A stretch of 64,000 bases of DNA from a virus. Lineage: Duplodnaviria; Caudoviricetes. The notes beneath the pieces are model-generated. The model searched no databases. It saw only the letters and a program-made list of their open reading frames with translations, and was not told the origin of the DNA. The translations under genes and the position numbers were made by a program. Below, piece by piece: positions 9,438-18,647 of the stretch; the first letter of the stretch is position 1, and each line of letters opens with the position of its first letter. The stretch lies in the IMG/VR virus record IMGVR_UViG_3300043468_001158. One strand, 5' to 3'.

Positions 9438-10095
9438 AGTTACTGACTTATCTTATATTGATAAAGTACCAAATCATTCTCGTGATTTTAGGGCATTTAA
9501 GTTTCTAAATGAAGATTCAGCACAACCATTACCAGAACTAACCAAAAATGAACTTGCAAAAATTGATATGGATTCATGTAAGCTTTTTGGAACAATGAAT
9601 CAAATTGATATCTATCTAAGTGGTATATATGCAGGTCATCATACATTTGTTATTTTTGATGAAAAAACTAAAAACCCATTAGCATTCATAGTAGTGCAGA
9701 CCCAACCAATAATGTTGGCAGGCGAAGAACGAACACTAGAAGTTAGGTCTTGGACTCATCCAGCAGAACGAGGAAAAGGCTATGCTACTACCTTATATCA
9801 ATTTCTTGTTAAAAAACTTGAGTTGAAGTTAGTATGCGATGATATGTTATCGGATGATGCAGTCAAAATGTATAAACAGTTCATAGCAAAACGAAAATTT
9901 GATAACATTAGTTTTTATAATGAAAAGACTAAACAGGTTCAAGACGATGAACCCTCAAATTTATGGACAATGCCAAATCAGTGGCGAATTTTTCTAGAAT
10001 CATTTGATTCTATTGGCGGTCCGAAACCATTGTTTGGCAAGCCTGGTCTTAGACATATTGGCGAATCATGTTATGATAACATTGGATTTGATTAA
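9397..10095 (+). CDS. GNAT acetyltransferase
   Basis: WTHPAERGKGYATTLYQFL is a canonical acetyl-CoA-binding motif A; SDDAVKMY motif B; overlaps the previous gene by 41 nt. Confidence 0.75.
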   Translation: MRKKRLQESALEFEVTDLSYIDKVPNHSRDFRAFKFLNEDSAQPLPELTKNELAKIDMDSCKLFGTMNQIDIYLSGIYAGHHTFVIFDEKTKNPLAFIVVQTQPIMLAGEERTLEVRSWTHPAERGKGYATTLYQFLVKKLELKLVCDDMLSDDAVKMYKQFIAKRKFDNISFYNEKTKQVQDDEPSNLWTMPNQWRIFLESFDSIGGPKPLFGKPGLRHIGESCYDNIGFD

Positions 10096-10133
10096 AATTG
10101 TGAAGCCAGTAACAGTTTTCAGCCATTGAACTA

Positions 10134-10162
10134 TTTACAAGACATCTTTTACAAGATACAAT
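10134..10162 (+). promoter_or_regulatory. sigma70-type early promoter
   Basis: TTTACA-N17-TACAAT. Confidence 0.7.
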
Positions 10163-10178
10163 AGTTCCATATACAGAG

Positions 10179-10898
10179 ATGAGTATAGGAACTGCTACGA
10201 TGAGCACTCAAAAACCAAAAACCGTATTAGCAATAAGTGATGTCTTTTCCCGTATTCCTACGAAAAAACCATCAAAATGCACAGTGACACTGGACTCAGG
10301 ACAACGAGTTCCAGTCACACCTTCATTGGTACGTATCTTCAGTCTTCATGCAATTCATAATCATGCTCTTGAATGTAGCATTTGTGGTTGTATGGCTACA
10401 CATCTACAACAAGATTTTCAACGCCAAGCCGATGGAACCAATTGTGAAATTTGGCAATTGAAAGCTTGGAACAAAGAAAGTGAAAGACAAGTCTATCTAA
10501 ACGTTGATCATATTCTTCCACGTTCATTAGGTGGTACTTTAGAACCTTCAAATATGCGGATTGCATGTTCTCGTTGTAATGTAAAACGTGGAACTTCATT
10601 AGAAGGTATTGAACTTCCAGAACATATTCAAGTTCATAGCACGTTCTTCAATCTTCAAAAAACAATTGAATACTTGATAAAGAAGTATGCTACAAAAGTG
10701 AAAAAATTCAATGTTAAAATTGTTCATTTCAAAAACTACATCAACAAATACCTGATTGCTCGTAGCCAAAGTTATCGTCGTACAACCGATAGAACCATCT
10801 TCAGAAAAGCTGTTAGCTGTGGTCTAACTCAAATCGGCTTTACCTTTGCAATTGATGAACTTGATGCAATCGTAGATGCCAGTGCAATCGCCCTATAA
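10179..10898 (+). CDS. HNH endonuclease with Zn-ribbon
   Basis: CSICGC; VDHILPRSLGG...SNMRIACSRCNVKRG. Confidence 0.85.
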   Translation: MSIGTATMSTQKPKTVLAISDVFSRIPTKKPSKCTVTLDSGQRVPVTPSLVRIFSLHAIHNHALECSICGCMATHLQQDFQRQADGTNCEIWQLKAWNKESERQVYLNVDHILPRSLGGTLEPSNMRIACSRCNVKRGTSLEGIELPEHIQVHSTFFNLQKTIEYLIKKYATKVKKFNVKIVHFKNYINKYLIARSQSYRRTTDRTIFRKAVSCGLTQIGFTFAIDELDAIVDASAIAL

Positions 10899-10920
10899 TA
10901 CAAAGAGAGAATAACCCCAT

Positions 10921-11511
10921 ATGAAAGAAATGAATGTCCAATTTTCAGAAAACTTTGCCCAATTGTACAAAGACGAAGTTCGCAATAATGAACAACGTCT
11001 TGAAGCTGATGGCTTAATTCGAACTATTCAAAACATTGGTTTATCTCGTACATACAGGCTTCGGCAGTTTCGTTCTCTAATGCGACAATATTGGATTTAT
11101 CGAAACAAAGATAACTTGAAGCCGTTTCAAATTGCTTCTCAATTACCATTTGTTGAATTCGAATCTGACCTGTTCATTGAGAATACCAAACAACATGTCA
11201 AGTATCTTGAAGACACCGGATTTACAAAGTTGGATATTGACCTATTGCAACATATGATACATGATATGCTTTATCCCTATTGTGCAGGTGTTTATTTCCA
11301 TTCAGGACTGAACCTTGTTGTTAGAACAATGGAACCAGCATTCCTAAAAGATGTACAAAATGCTAAGTACTTCTTAGCTCATTTGCCAAAATCAATTAGA
11401 CAAAGTGATCATAAAGACATCTTCCGTTCTTTCTTGTACTACCAACATGCAATGCGGTCTTTAGGAGGAAATGAACAAAGAGGTTCTTTAGCAGAACTGT
11501 TACCAAAGTAA
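10921..11511 (+). CDS. Hypothetical protein
   Basis: ORF tiles the operon; no motif recognised. Confidence 0.75.
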   Translation: MKEMNVQFSENFAQLYKDEVRNNEQRLEADGLIRTIQNIGLSRTYRLRQFRSLMRQYWIYRNKDNLKPFQIASQLPFVEFESDLFIENTKQHVKYLEDTGFTKLDIDLLQHMIHDMLYPYCAGVYFHSGLNLVVRTMEPAFLKDVQNAKYFLAHLPKSIRQSDHKDIFRSFLYYQHAMRSLGGNEQRGSLAELLPK

Positions 11512-11523
11512 CAGTTTTAGCTA

Positions 11524-11552
11524 TTTACAAGTCTGTGGTTTGTTGATACAAT
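11524..11552 (+). promoter_or_regulatory. sigma70-type early promoter
   Basis: TTTACA-N17-TACAAT. Confidence 0.7.
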
Positions 11553-11586
11553 AGACCCATACTAAATCAATACGGAGTTTACTACG

Positions 11587-12180
11587 ATGACAACTAAATC
11601 AGCCACTGAACAATACGCAGCAATCAAAGTCAATCATGTCAAATACTTGGACGAGTTGAAGATTGTTGATGCTAACTTGGTTCGCATTCGCCCATTGCTT
11701 GAAGCTGAAAAAGGTTTCAACAAGTTGAACGGCACAAAAATCAACTTTATCAAAGAAGAGTTCCGTGTTGCCAAAGATGAGCAACTTCGCTTGTATGGCA
11801 TCTTGAAAAAAATCAATGCAGACCTTCGTGCGTTACGTGCCGGTGTTGATGCAGAACGTCATACTGCTCCTAAAGGTACAGGAAGCAAAAAAGCTCCACG
11901 TGACCCAAGTGTAAAAGCTGCCGCAAAGGCTGCAAAGGAAGCTGCTAAAGAAGCAGATAAAGCTGCAAAGAAAGCTGCTAAAGAAGCAGAACGTGAAAGA
12001 ACAAAAGCTGAACGTGATGCAAGACGTGAAGCTCGTCGTGAAGAATTGGAATTTATGAATAAGCCTGCATGTGGATACAACTTTCCATTATTGACTGATG
12101 CCGAACGTGCTGGTACAAAAATCATGAACCAAGTTTTTGCTAAGGTTGCTAAATCAACAGTTGTTGGTCCTGGAGTATAA
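11587..12180 (+). CDS. Basic Ala/Lys-rich protein (histone-H1-like low-complexity tract)
   Basis: KAAAKAAKEAAKEADKAAKKAAKEAERE; GGAG RBS; has its own promoter. Confidence 0.75.
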   Translation: MTTKSATEQYAAIKVNHVKYLDELKIVDANLVRIRPLLEAEKGFNKLNGTKINFIKEEFRVAKDEQLRLYGILKKINADLRALRAGVDAERHTAPKGTGSKKAPRDPSVKAAAKAAKEAAKEADKAAKKAAKEAERERTKAERDARREARREELEFMNKPACGYNFPLLTDAERAGTKIMNQVFAKVAKSTVVGPGV

Positions 12181-12184
12181 CTAC

Positions 12185-12985
12185 ATGTCAAAATACTACG
12201 TAAGATTTGTCCATTTCGCTCCGGATAATAAATCACAAAAAACTCCGGAAAATCCAAATCCTCAAGATAAGTCTTTGGTCTGGGCAATGTTGTATGATGA
12301 AGAAAGCCAAAGTGAATATGGTTCTCTCGCATGCGGATACATTCCAAATCGTTTGAACCTTGAAGAAATTGATAAGGAACAACATTATAGTGTCAATATG
12401 ATTACTTCATATTATATGGAGCATTTGAATGGTGGGCGAACTAACAATCGTCAATATGCCAGAATTGAAGATTATTGGAATGACCCATGTGTAAAAGATA
12501 AAGTTCAAGCTAAGTATCGTGAAGGTATGGAGTTCTGCTTTGCTTATATTGGCGACCCTGATCGTCTTGATGTTATCTATGAATTTACTATCAAAGCTAC
12601 ATTTGGACATCAATATAAACTGACTGGACATTTATATGATGATGCGACTCCTCCTGAAAGCTGGTATAATGAAGTTCATGCTAAACTGATTACCGAACTA
12701 AATGGCTTAGAAGTATTTGAGTCTGCTAGTGAAGCTATTCAGGGTCAATCTAAAGCAGATGACCTATTTGGCGAAAGATACTTCCCAGTTGCTAAAGCTC
12801 CGGTTTGGCAATACAAACAGTTGATTGAAGCTTGTCATGCATTCAAAGGTTGCTCAAACCCATTATATGATGACAAGTTTGTGTATATTGGTATTAGAAG
12901 CAAACAGGATGAACTTTGTGAAATAAACGAAATCTATAGTATCGAAGGTGGTGCTATACTCAAAAATAGAGAATGGAATTGGTAA
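12185..12985 (+). CDS. Hypothetical protein
   Basis: Start moved to the ATG at 12185 (MSKYYVRF), just after the upstream stop. Confidence 0.7.
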   Translation: MSKYYVRFVHFAPDNKSQKTPENPNPQDKSLVWAMLYDEESQSEYGSLACGYIPNRLNLEEIDKEQHYSVNMITSYYMEHLNGGRTNNRQYARIEDYWNDPCVKDKVQAKYREGMEFCFAYIGDPDRLDVIYEFTIKATFGHQYKLTGHLYDDATPPESWYNEVHAKLITELNGLEVFESASEAIQGQSKADDLFGERYFPVAKAPVWQYKQLIEACHAFKGCSNPLYDDKFVYIGIRSKQDELCEINEIYSIEGGAILKNREWNW

Positions 12986-12991
12986 GAACTT

Positions 12992-13549
12992 ATGATAACA
13001 ACTTATAAAGAACAACTCAAAAACCAACTTATATCAAAATTTGTGGAATTCAATAATGTAAAAATACCGCAGATTGAACAAGCGTTAGAAAAATCAATAA
13101 AAGAACATTTTCAATACGAAAAAAACAAAACTGTTGAGGTAGGTAAATTATATAGTCCATTTATTACTAATTTTATAATGAACAGCCTTCAACAAATCAT
13201 ACCTGGTTTTGAAGAATGTAAAACTGAAGGATATGATTTTTTGATAAACGATATTGCGGTTGAAAACAAAATTACTTTTTCTGATAAGTCTCAATGGACA
13301 GGAAACAAATATTCGTCAAAAGTGAGTAATCATTTATTGACTAAATGTTGTCTTGACGATGAATTTAGAATTTTAAGTTTTATTACAATGCATGTCGATT
13401 TAGATAAAATGAATTCGAAATGGACTTCAGGAAATGATAGTTCAGGCTTCACAAAATTACAAATTCTTAAAGAAGACTTGGATGAAGTGTCTCTTATTTA
13501 CGGAAACCCTCTCGTCACAAAAAGAGCAACCTACTTACAATTTATATGA
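12992..13549 (+). CDS. PD-(D/E)xK restriction-endonuclease-like protein
   Basis: GYDFLINDIAVENKITF gives a D...ExK active-site pattern; appears AT-richer than its neighbours. Confidence 0.55.
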   Translation: MITTYKEQLKNQLISKFVEFNNVKIPQIEQALEKSIKEHFQYEKNKTVEVGKLYSPFITNFIMNSLQQIIPGFEECKTEGYDFLINDIAVENKITFSDKSQWTGNKYSSKVSNHLLTKCCLDDEFRILSFITMHVDLDKMNSKWTSGNDSSGFTKLQILKEDLDEVSLIYGNPLVTKRATYLQFI

Positions 13550-13731
13550 TAACAACTGAACAACGATTACATGCTCTATTACACGGTCTTGGCCTGAGTA
13601 CTGATAGTATCAATAAGGTCAAGCTCTATAATGCAGAGCAAATACGAGATGTCGGTAAAGCAATTTCTGATGGCCGACTGTTTGATGTATCTTTAGATAG
13701 ACAACTCAATGTAAAGGTGAAACGATCATGA
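13546..13731 (+). CDS. Small hypothetical protein, paralogue A
   Basis: LHALLHGLGL...DVSL aligns with 13728. Confidence 0.75.
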   Translation: MITTEQRLHALLHGLGLSTDSINKVKLYNAEQIRDVGKAISDGRLFDVSLDRQLNVKVKRS

Positions 13732-13952
13732 ACACAAAAGAAGCTCAATTACGTGCATTGCTTGGTGGCTTAGGCCTAACTCATGAAAGCATTGAACGTG
13801 CAGTCAATATGGACCCATCTGAACTTTGTGAAGTTGGTGCGACATTGACGCAAGGTTCAAATGTTGAAGTTAGTCTCAATGAAGCTTTTGAAATTGAAAT
13901 GTCTTGGGACCCGTCATATAAACCGGAAGTAGCTTCACAACTTGAGTCTTAA
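13728..13952 (+). CDS. Small hypothetical protein, paralogue B
   Basis: LRALLGGLGL...EVSL aligns with 13546; 4-nt ATGA overlap. Confidence 0.75.
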   Translation: MNTKEAQLRALLGGLGLTHESIERAVNMDPSELCEVGATLTQGSNVEVSLNEAFEIEMSWDPSYKPEVASQLES

Positions 13953-13963
13953 AATCGTAAATC

Positions 13964-13979
13964 TGATAACTGGTTATCA
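13964..13979. promoter_or_regulatory. Palindromic operator-like site TGATAAC-TG-GTTATCA
   Basis: Perfect 7-bp inverted repeat 10 bp upstream of the -35; second copy at 41701. Confidence 0.65.
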
Positions 13980-13989
13980 CTTGCCACTA

Positions 13990-14018
13990 TTTACAAGTTG
14001 CGGCAAGTGATGTATAAT
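13990..14018 (+). promoter_or_regulatory. sigma70-type early promoter (topoisomerase operon)
   Basis: TTTACA-N17-TATAAT followed by ggacacat. Confidence 0.75.
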
Positions 14019-14059
14019 GGACACATACAAACAAACTGATACGAGAGGAGTATTTTATA

Positions 14060-14227
14060 ATGATGACAATTTACCTGGCAATTTCAACTTTTTTCTTTTT
14101 CTTTTTGGCTTATATTTGGTCTTCAAGAAATTTGCGAAATTCGTCTTTCAAATTTTCTCTTTTTGTGATGGCCCTGTTTAGCTCTTTTATGTTGCTAAAC
14201 AATTTAGGCTATATTGTCAAGTTGTAA
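14060..14227 (+). CDS. Small two-TM membrane protein (55 aa)
   Basis: Hand-translated as MMTIYLAISTFFFFFLAYIW...; strong GAGGAG RBS. Confidence 0.65.
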   Translation: MMTIYLAISTFFFFFLAYIWSSRNLRNSSFKFSLFVMALFSSFMLLNNLGYIVKL

Positions 14228-14262
14228 ATAGATTCCATTATAACTCGTGAAAAACAAATCAT

Positions 14263-16167
14263 ATGACAAAACATATTGCACAAACTTATCAAGTTCTTGA
14301 TGAGATTGACCACGTAAGAAAAAGAACTGGCATGTATTGCGGTTCTACTTCTTTACAAACATCAAAAGAATGGGTTTATCAACCTGAAGATAAAAGGATG
14401 GTGCAACAAGAAATTACTTACATTCCTGCTTTTGTCAAAATCTTTTCTGAAATCCTTGACAACGCAATCGACGAAGCTAAGCGAGCACCTGAAGTTCTTG
14501 ATACAATCAAGGTAGAACTTCGTGATGATGGCTACATTTCGGTTCATGATAATGGCCGAGGCATCCCCGTTGAAATACATCCTGAGACTGGAACATATGT
14601 CGCTGAAACCATCTTCTCTAACCTGCGAGCTGGTTCAAACTTCAACGATGATGAAGACCAATCTCTAATTGGTACAAATGGTGTTGGTAGCACACTAACC
14701 AATATCTTGAGTTCAGAGTTCAAAATTGAAAGCTGCGATGGGAATAAGTTGTTTCGTATGGAGTTCTGGAATGGCTTACGTGAGAAATCAGAAGCCAAGG
14801 TTACATCAAGTAGCAAGAACCATACTAAGATTACATTCAAACCTGATTACGAATTCTTCAACCTAAAAGGCGGGTTGGACGAAGACCATAAGTTGAAGCT
14901 CATCAAAAAAGTTGTTGATGCTGCAGCTAATAATGTAGGTGTTAAGTTCTATGTCAATGGCGAACGTATAGTAATGAAGAGCTTTGCAGATTATATTGCT
15001 CTTTATGATGAACAGTACGTCTTTGAATCCACTGAAGATTGGAAAGTTGGTATTTCTGCATCTGACGGATTTGACCAAATAAGCTTTATCAATTCAGTCG
15101 AAACTTATCAAGGTGGCACACATATCGATTATGTTATGTGGCAAATCGTTGATAGACTTCGCGAGTTCTTCAAAAAGAAACATAAAGTCGAAGTGAAACC
15201 TGGTGACCTTCGTGCTCATATGCGAGTCTATATCTCCGGCACTGTCAATCGTCCCAAGTTTAGCTCGCAGACTAAAGAGAACATGATTTCTCCTGTTAGC
15301 GAATGGAAAACTACATGGCGAGTATCTGACAAGTTTGTCAAGCAATTGACTCAATCATCTATTATCCAATCAGTTCTTGACTGGGTTGAAGCGAAGGAAA
15401 AAGCAAACGAACTTGCTGAACTTCGTAAGATGAATAAGGATGTCAATAAGTCTGACCCACGTAAGGTTCCAAAGTTCTCTGATGCAAACGAACGTAAAGA
15501 CCGTCATCAATGCGAACTCTATCTAGCTGAAGGGGACTCTGCTCGTACTTCAATCCAAGCTGCTCGCGGTAAGAACCCTTACATCGGCTCATTCTCACTT
15601 CGTGGGAAACCACTTAACGTGATGGATGCTGACAATAAAGACATTGTTGGAAACGCGGAAATTAAGAACATTATGACTATCACCGGACTTGAAATCGGTA
15701 AGAAAGTCGAGTCACTTGAAGACTTGCGGTTTGGTAAGATTGTGACTATGACTGATGAAGACCTTGACGGCATGCATATCACTTCACTGCTCCATAACTT
15801 CTTCGCTCGCTTCTGGCCAGAGCTATTTGAACTTGGTGCTATCTATCGTCTAAGAACCCCTCTTTACATTGTCACTGTCACTGGTGCTAAGAAAGGTGAT
15901 GAACCACTTGAGTTCTTCAGCGATGAAGACTACAAAGCATGGGCTCAACAAGGCATCAAGCACAAGTTTGAATACTTCAAAGGTTTAGGAACATTCGAGT
16001 CACATCAGTTCAAAAAGATTATCGATAACCGTGAAAAGTACTTAGTCAAAATCTCAGCTTTGCAGAACGAAGATGTTGAAGGATTGAACTTGGCTTTCTC
16101 AAATCGTGAAGCTGATAACAGAAAGGAATGGCTAATGAGTGCTAGTTATTTTCACTCATACGACTAA
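14263..16167 (+). CDS. gp39/60: Type IIA DNA topoisomerase large subunit (GHKL ATPase + TOPRIM; T4 gp39+gp60 equivalent)
   Basis: EILDNAIDE, DNGRGIP, GTNGVG, AEGDSA, LRGKPLN, MTDEDLDG, YFKGLG. Confidence 0.97.
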   Translation: MTKHIAQTYQVLDEIDHVRKRTGMYCGSTSLQTSKEWVYQPEDKRMVQQEITYIPAFVKIFSEILDNAIDEAKRAPEVLDTIKVELRDDGYISVHDNGRGIPVEIHPETGTYVAETIFSNLRAGSNFNDDEDQSLIGTNGVGSTLTNILSSEFKIESCDGNKLFRMEFWNGLREKSEAKVTSSSKNHTKITFKPDYEFFNLKGGLDEDHKLKLIKKVVDAAANNVGVKFYVNGERIVMKSFADYIALYDEQYVFESTEDWKVGISASDGFDQISFINSVETYQGGTHIDYVMWQIVDRLREFFKKKHKVEVKPGDLRAHMRVYISGTVNRPKFSSQTKENMISPVSEWKTTWRVSDKFVKQLTQSSIIQSVLDWVEAKEKANELAELRKMNKDVNKSDPRKVPKFSDANERKDRHQCELYLAEGDSARTSIQAARGKNPYIGSFSLRGKPLNVMDADNKDIVGNAEIKNIMTITGLEIGKKVESLEDLRFGKIVTMTDEDLDGMHITSLLHNFFARFWPELFELGAIYRLRTPLYIVTVTGAKKGDEPLEFFSDEDYKAWAQQGIKHKFEYFKGLGTFESHQFKKIIDNREKYLVKISALQNEDVEGLNLAFSNREADNRKEWLMSASYFHSYD

Positions 16168-16204
16168 TTGTGTTATAATAATACCATATTCATAAAGGAA
16201 CACT

Positions 16205-17575
16205 ATGGCTAAAACCGCAACTATTATCAACTACACTTTAGGTCAGACCGATGAACTCACATGTAAAGAGTTTATAGATACTAAGCTAAAGTTGTTTTCC
16301 GCGCATTCTAACGTGCGTGGTATTCCCTTCTTAGGAGATGGGTTCAAGCAATCTCATCGTAAAGCAATTTGGGGTATGCTATGTCGAGGTGAAGGTGCTG
16401 ATAAAGATACGATTGAACGACTTGCTGCAAGAGCTTGCTCTGATACGGACTATCATCACGGCGCGGCAAGTATGGAAGGAACTTTGGTCACATTGGCTCA
16501 AAAGTTCATCGGCTCTAACAACATGCCTTTAGTTGAAGGCTTTGGGCAATTCGGTAATCGACTATCGCGTAAGTCTGCTTCTGCTCGCTACATCAAAGCA
16601 AAGATTTCACCGAACTTTCGTAAGGTCTTTCGTAAAGAAGATGACCTCATCTTACAACATCATTACTCCAATGGCGATAAGATAGAGCCTCTCTACTTCA
16701 TCCCGATACTTCCAGTGTGTTTGCTTAACGGTGCTGACGGTATAGGTACAGGACACTCTACATACATCCTTGGTTACAATCCTAATGACCTTAAGTCCGC
16801 AATTCAACAGGTCTTGAAAGGTAAAAAGCTGAAACCCGGCACGTTGAAACCTTGGTATGATGGTTACAAAGGTACAATTGAACGTGACCCTGTTACAAAT
16901 CAAGTAGAGATTAGAGGTGTCTATCAAGAGGAAGGTAACCTTACCATTCGTGTGACCGAGTTACCGGTCGGTGTTCAAGATGAACATTACGAGGCTCATC
17001 TACATAAGCTAATGGACAAAGAAATCATCAAGAACTTTGTCAATCAGTCTGATGAAGAAGGTTTCGATTATCTTATTACTGCTCCTCGTTCTACTACTTC
17101 TAAAGACCCTGAAGAACTAATGAAGCTCCTTAAGTTGGTCTCTAAAGAAACTGAGAACTTGACATTATGGGATACGAATGGTGCTTTACGTCGATTTGAT
17201 AATGTTGAACAAATCATTGAAGAATTCGTTGAATGGCGAATTGCTCGTTATGAAGATAGACGACAAGCTCTTATCAAACTAACTGAAGAAGACATCTTAT
17301 GGTTAGATGAACGTATTCGGTTCATCAATTTCTACTTAGTAAATACTGAAAAGTTCCGTAATACTGGTAAGAAAGACTTGCTTGAACTCTTGTCAATACA
17401 AGAAGACTTTACTCGTCCTGAAGCATTATTGAACTTGAGCATTTGGTATCTAACTAAGGACAAGATTGAAGAGCTTGAAAAAGAGCTTGAAGCTAAGCTT
17501 GCATACTTAGAGCAATTACAAGGTGATACACCGGTTGCAATGTATGCTAAAGAAATCAGCGAACTGAAACTATAA
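16205..17575 (+). CDS. gp52: Type IIA DNA topoisomerase medium subunit (T4 gp52 / GyrA-like)
   Basis: DGFKQSHRK, YHHG, SARY (catalytic Tyr), LNGADGIGTG. Confidence 0.97.
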   Translation: MAKTATIINYTLGQTDELTCKEFIDTKLKLFSAHSNVRGIPFLGDGFKQSHRKAIWGMLCRGEGADKDTIERLAARACSDTDYHHGAASMEGTLVTLAQKFIGSNNMPLVEGFGQFGNRLSRKSASARYIKAKISPNFRKVFRKEDDLILQHHYSNGDKIEPLYFIPILPVCLLNGADGIGTGHSTYILGYNPNDLKSAIQQVLKGKKLKPGTLKPWYDGYKGTIERDPVTNQVEIRGVYQEEGNLTIRVTELPVGVQDEHYEAHLHKLMDKEIIKNFVNQSDEEGFDYLITAPRSTTSKDPEELMKLLKLVSKETENLTLWDTNGALRRFDNVEQIIEEFVEWRIARYEDRRQALIKLTEEDILWLDERIRFINFYLVNTEKFRNTGKKDLLELLSIQEDFTRPEALLNLSIWYLTKDKIEELEKELEAKLAYLEQLQGDTPVAMYAKEISELKL

Positions 17576-17591
17576 GAGGAATAAACATATC

Positions 17592-18158
17592 ATGGCTACA
17601 ATATCAGAACATTCTACTGCACCGATTGGCATTTTATACCCAAAGCAATCACGACATTTTTATGTCAAGTTCAATGAGTTTTCTGGAAAATTAACACCAC
17701 CAGAGCTTGAACGATTATCGTCTCAAGTACTTTCAGTAAGTACTTTTGATGCATTTCCAAAATCTGGTGATGGTATTCGAATTGAAATGGAAGACGATAA
17801 AGGTGGATTACTTGATGCGATTTTGGCAAAGATACATAAACAACGTATTGCATTAGATATTGAAGTTCTATTGTTGGATGATGGGAACAACATACTCAAA
17901 ACTATTGATTATGGTAAATGCTATGTTTATGCTGATATGTATAGTGGTTTGACATATGGTGGTGCTGAAGATTACACATCTACGGCTAATGTATCAAGTT
18001 CTCTTCCTGAAATTGATGTTCGAATACTTGAAAAAAGTGAATGGATTCAATTAGCCTATAACTGGCTCAAATCAATTCAACTTTCAAATAGAGTTGGTTC
18101 GTTATCAAATCAATACCCAGCAACAGTTCGTCGTACTCTTTCGTTCAAAAAGATATGA
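17592..18158 (+). CDS. Divergent tail-tube-like protein (gp19-family paralogue)
   Basis: MATIS...GILYPK..HFYVKF...LSSQVLSV...IEMEDD...IEVLLLD...CY....YSGLTY pattern recalls jumbo-phage tail tube proteins (from memory). Confidence 0.5.
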   Translation: MATISEHSTAPIGILYPKQSRHFYVKFNEFSGKLTPPELERLSSQVLSVSTFDAFPKSGDGIRIEMEDDKGGLLDAILAKIHKQRIALDIEVLLLDDGNNILKTIDYGKCYVYADMYSGLTYGGAEDYTSTANVSSSLPEIDVRILEKSEWIQLAYNWLKSIQLSNRVGSLSNQYPATVRRTLSFKKI

Positions 18159-18454
18159 GTGACAGCCAACAAGAACTTCTACCATTTGACCAATGGTTCA
18201 ACGAGAATGATGCATCTATCATAGATGCCGATGCGTATCAATGTGCTAAAGCTGCTTGGTATGCAGCTCTTCGTTGGGTAGCTGAAGAGCAACCTGTAAC
18301 TGCATGGCAATGTGAAACTGATGAACGAGTGATTACCGATAAGACTCGTAATAACCCGCTGTTCAAAGCAACTCGTGCAACCTTTAACGTTCCACTTTTT
18401 AGACATCCACATCATGCAACTAAAACCAGACGAAATCTTTCTGAAGACTCTTGA
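18155..18454 (+). CDS. Hypothetical protein
   Basis: Tiling ORF with ATGA overlap. Confidence 0.65.
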   Translation: MSDSQQELLPFDQWFNENDASIIDADAYQCAKAAWYAALRWVAEEQPVTAWQCETDERVITDKTRNNPLFKATRATFNVPLFRHPHHATKTRRNLSEDS

Positions 18455-18647
18455 AAAAGACTGTCCTGCAGTTCTTGATGCTATCAATGCTCAAGGCGAT
18501 TGGCATTTAGCCGATGCTCGAGAATTGTCAATGCAAATTCGAATGGCCCTTCATCAGTGCTATTTATTAGGTCGTTCTGATGAACGAGACCTTTGGACAC
18601 AAGAACTTGCTGATAAGTGGAAGCGTGAATACGACGAACGTAATTAA
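18414..18647 (+). CDS. Hypothetical protein
   Basis: Likely start MQLKPDE at 18414. Confidence 0.6.
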   Translation: MQLKPDEIFLKTLEKDCPAVLDAINAQGDWHLADARELSMQIRMALHQCYLLGRSDERDLWTQELADKWKREYDERN

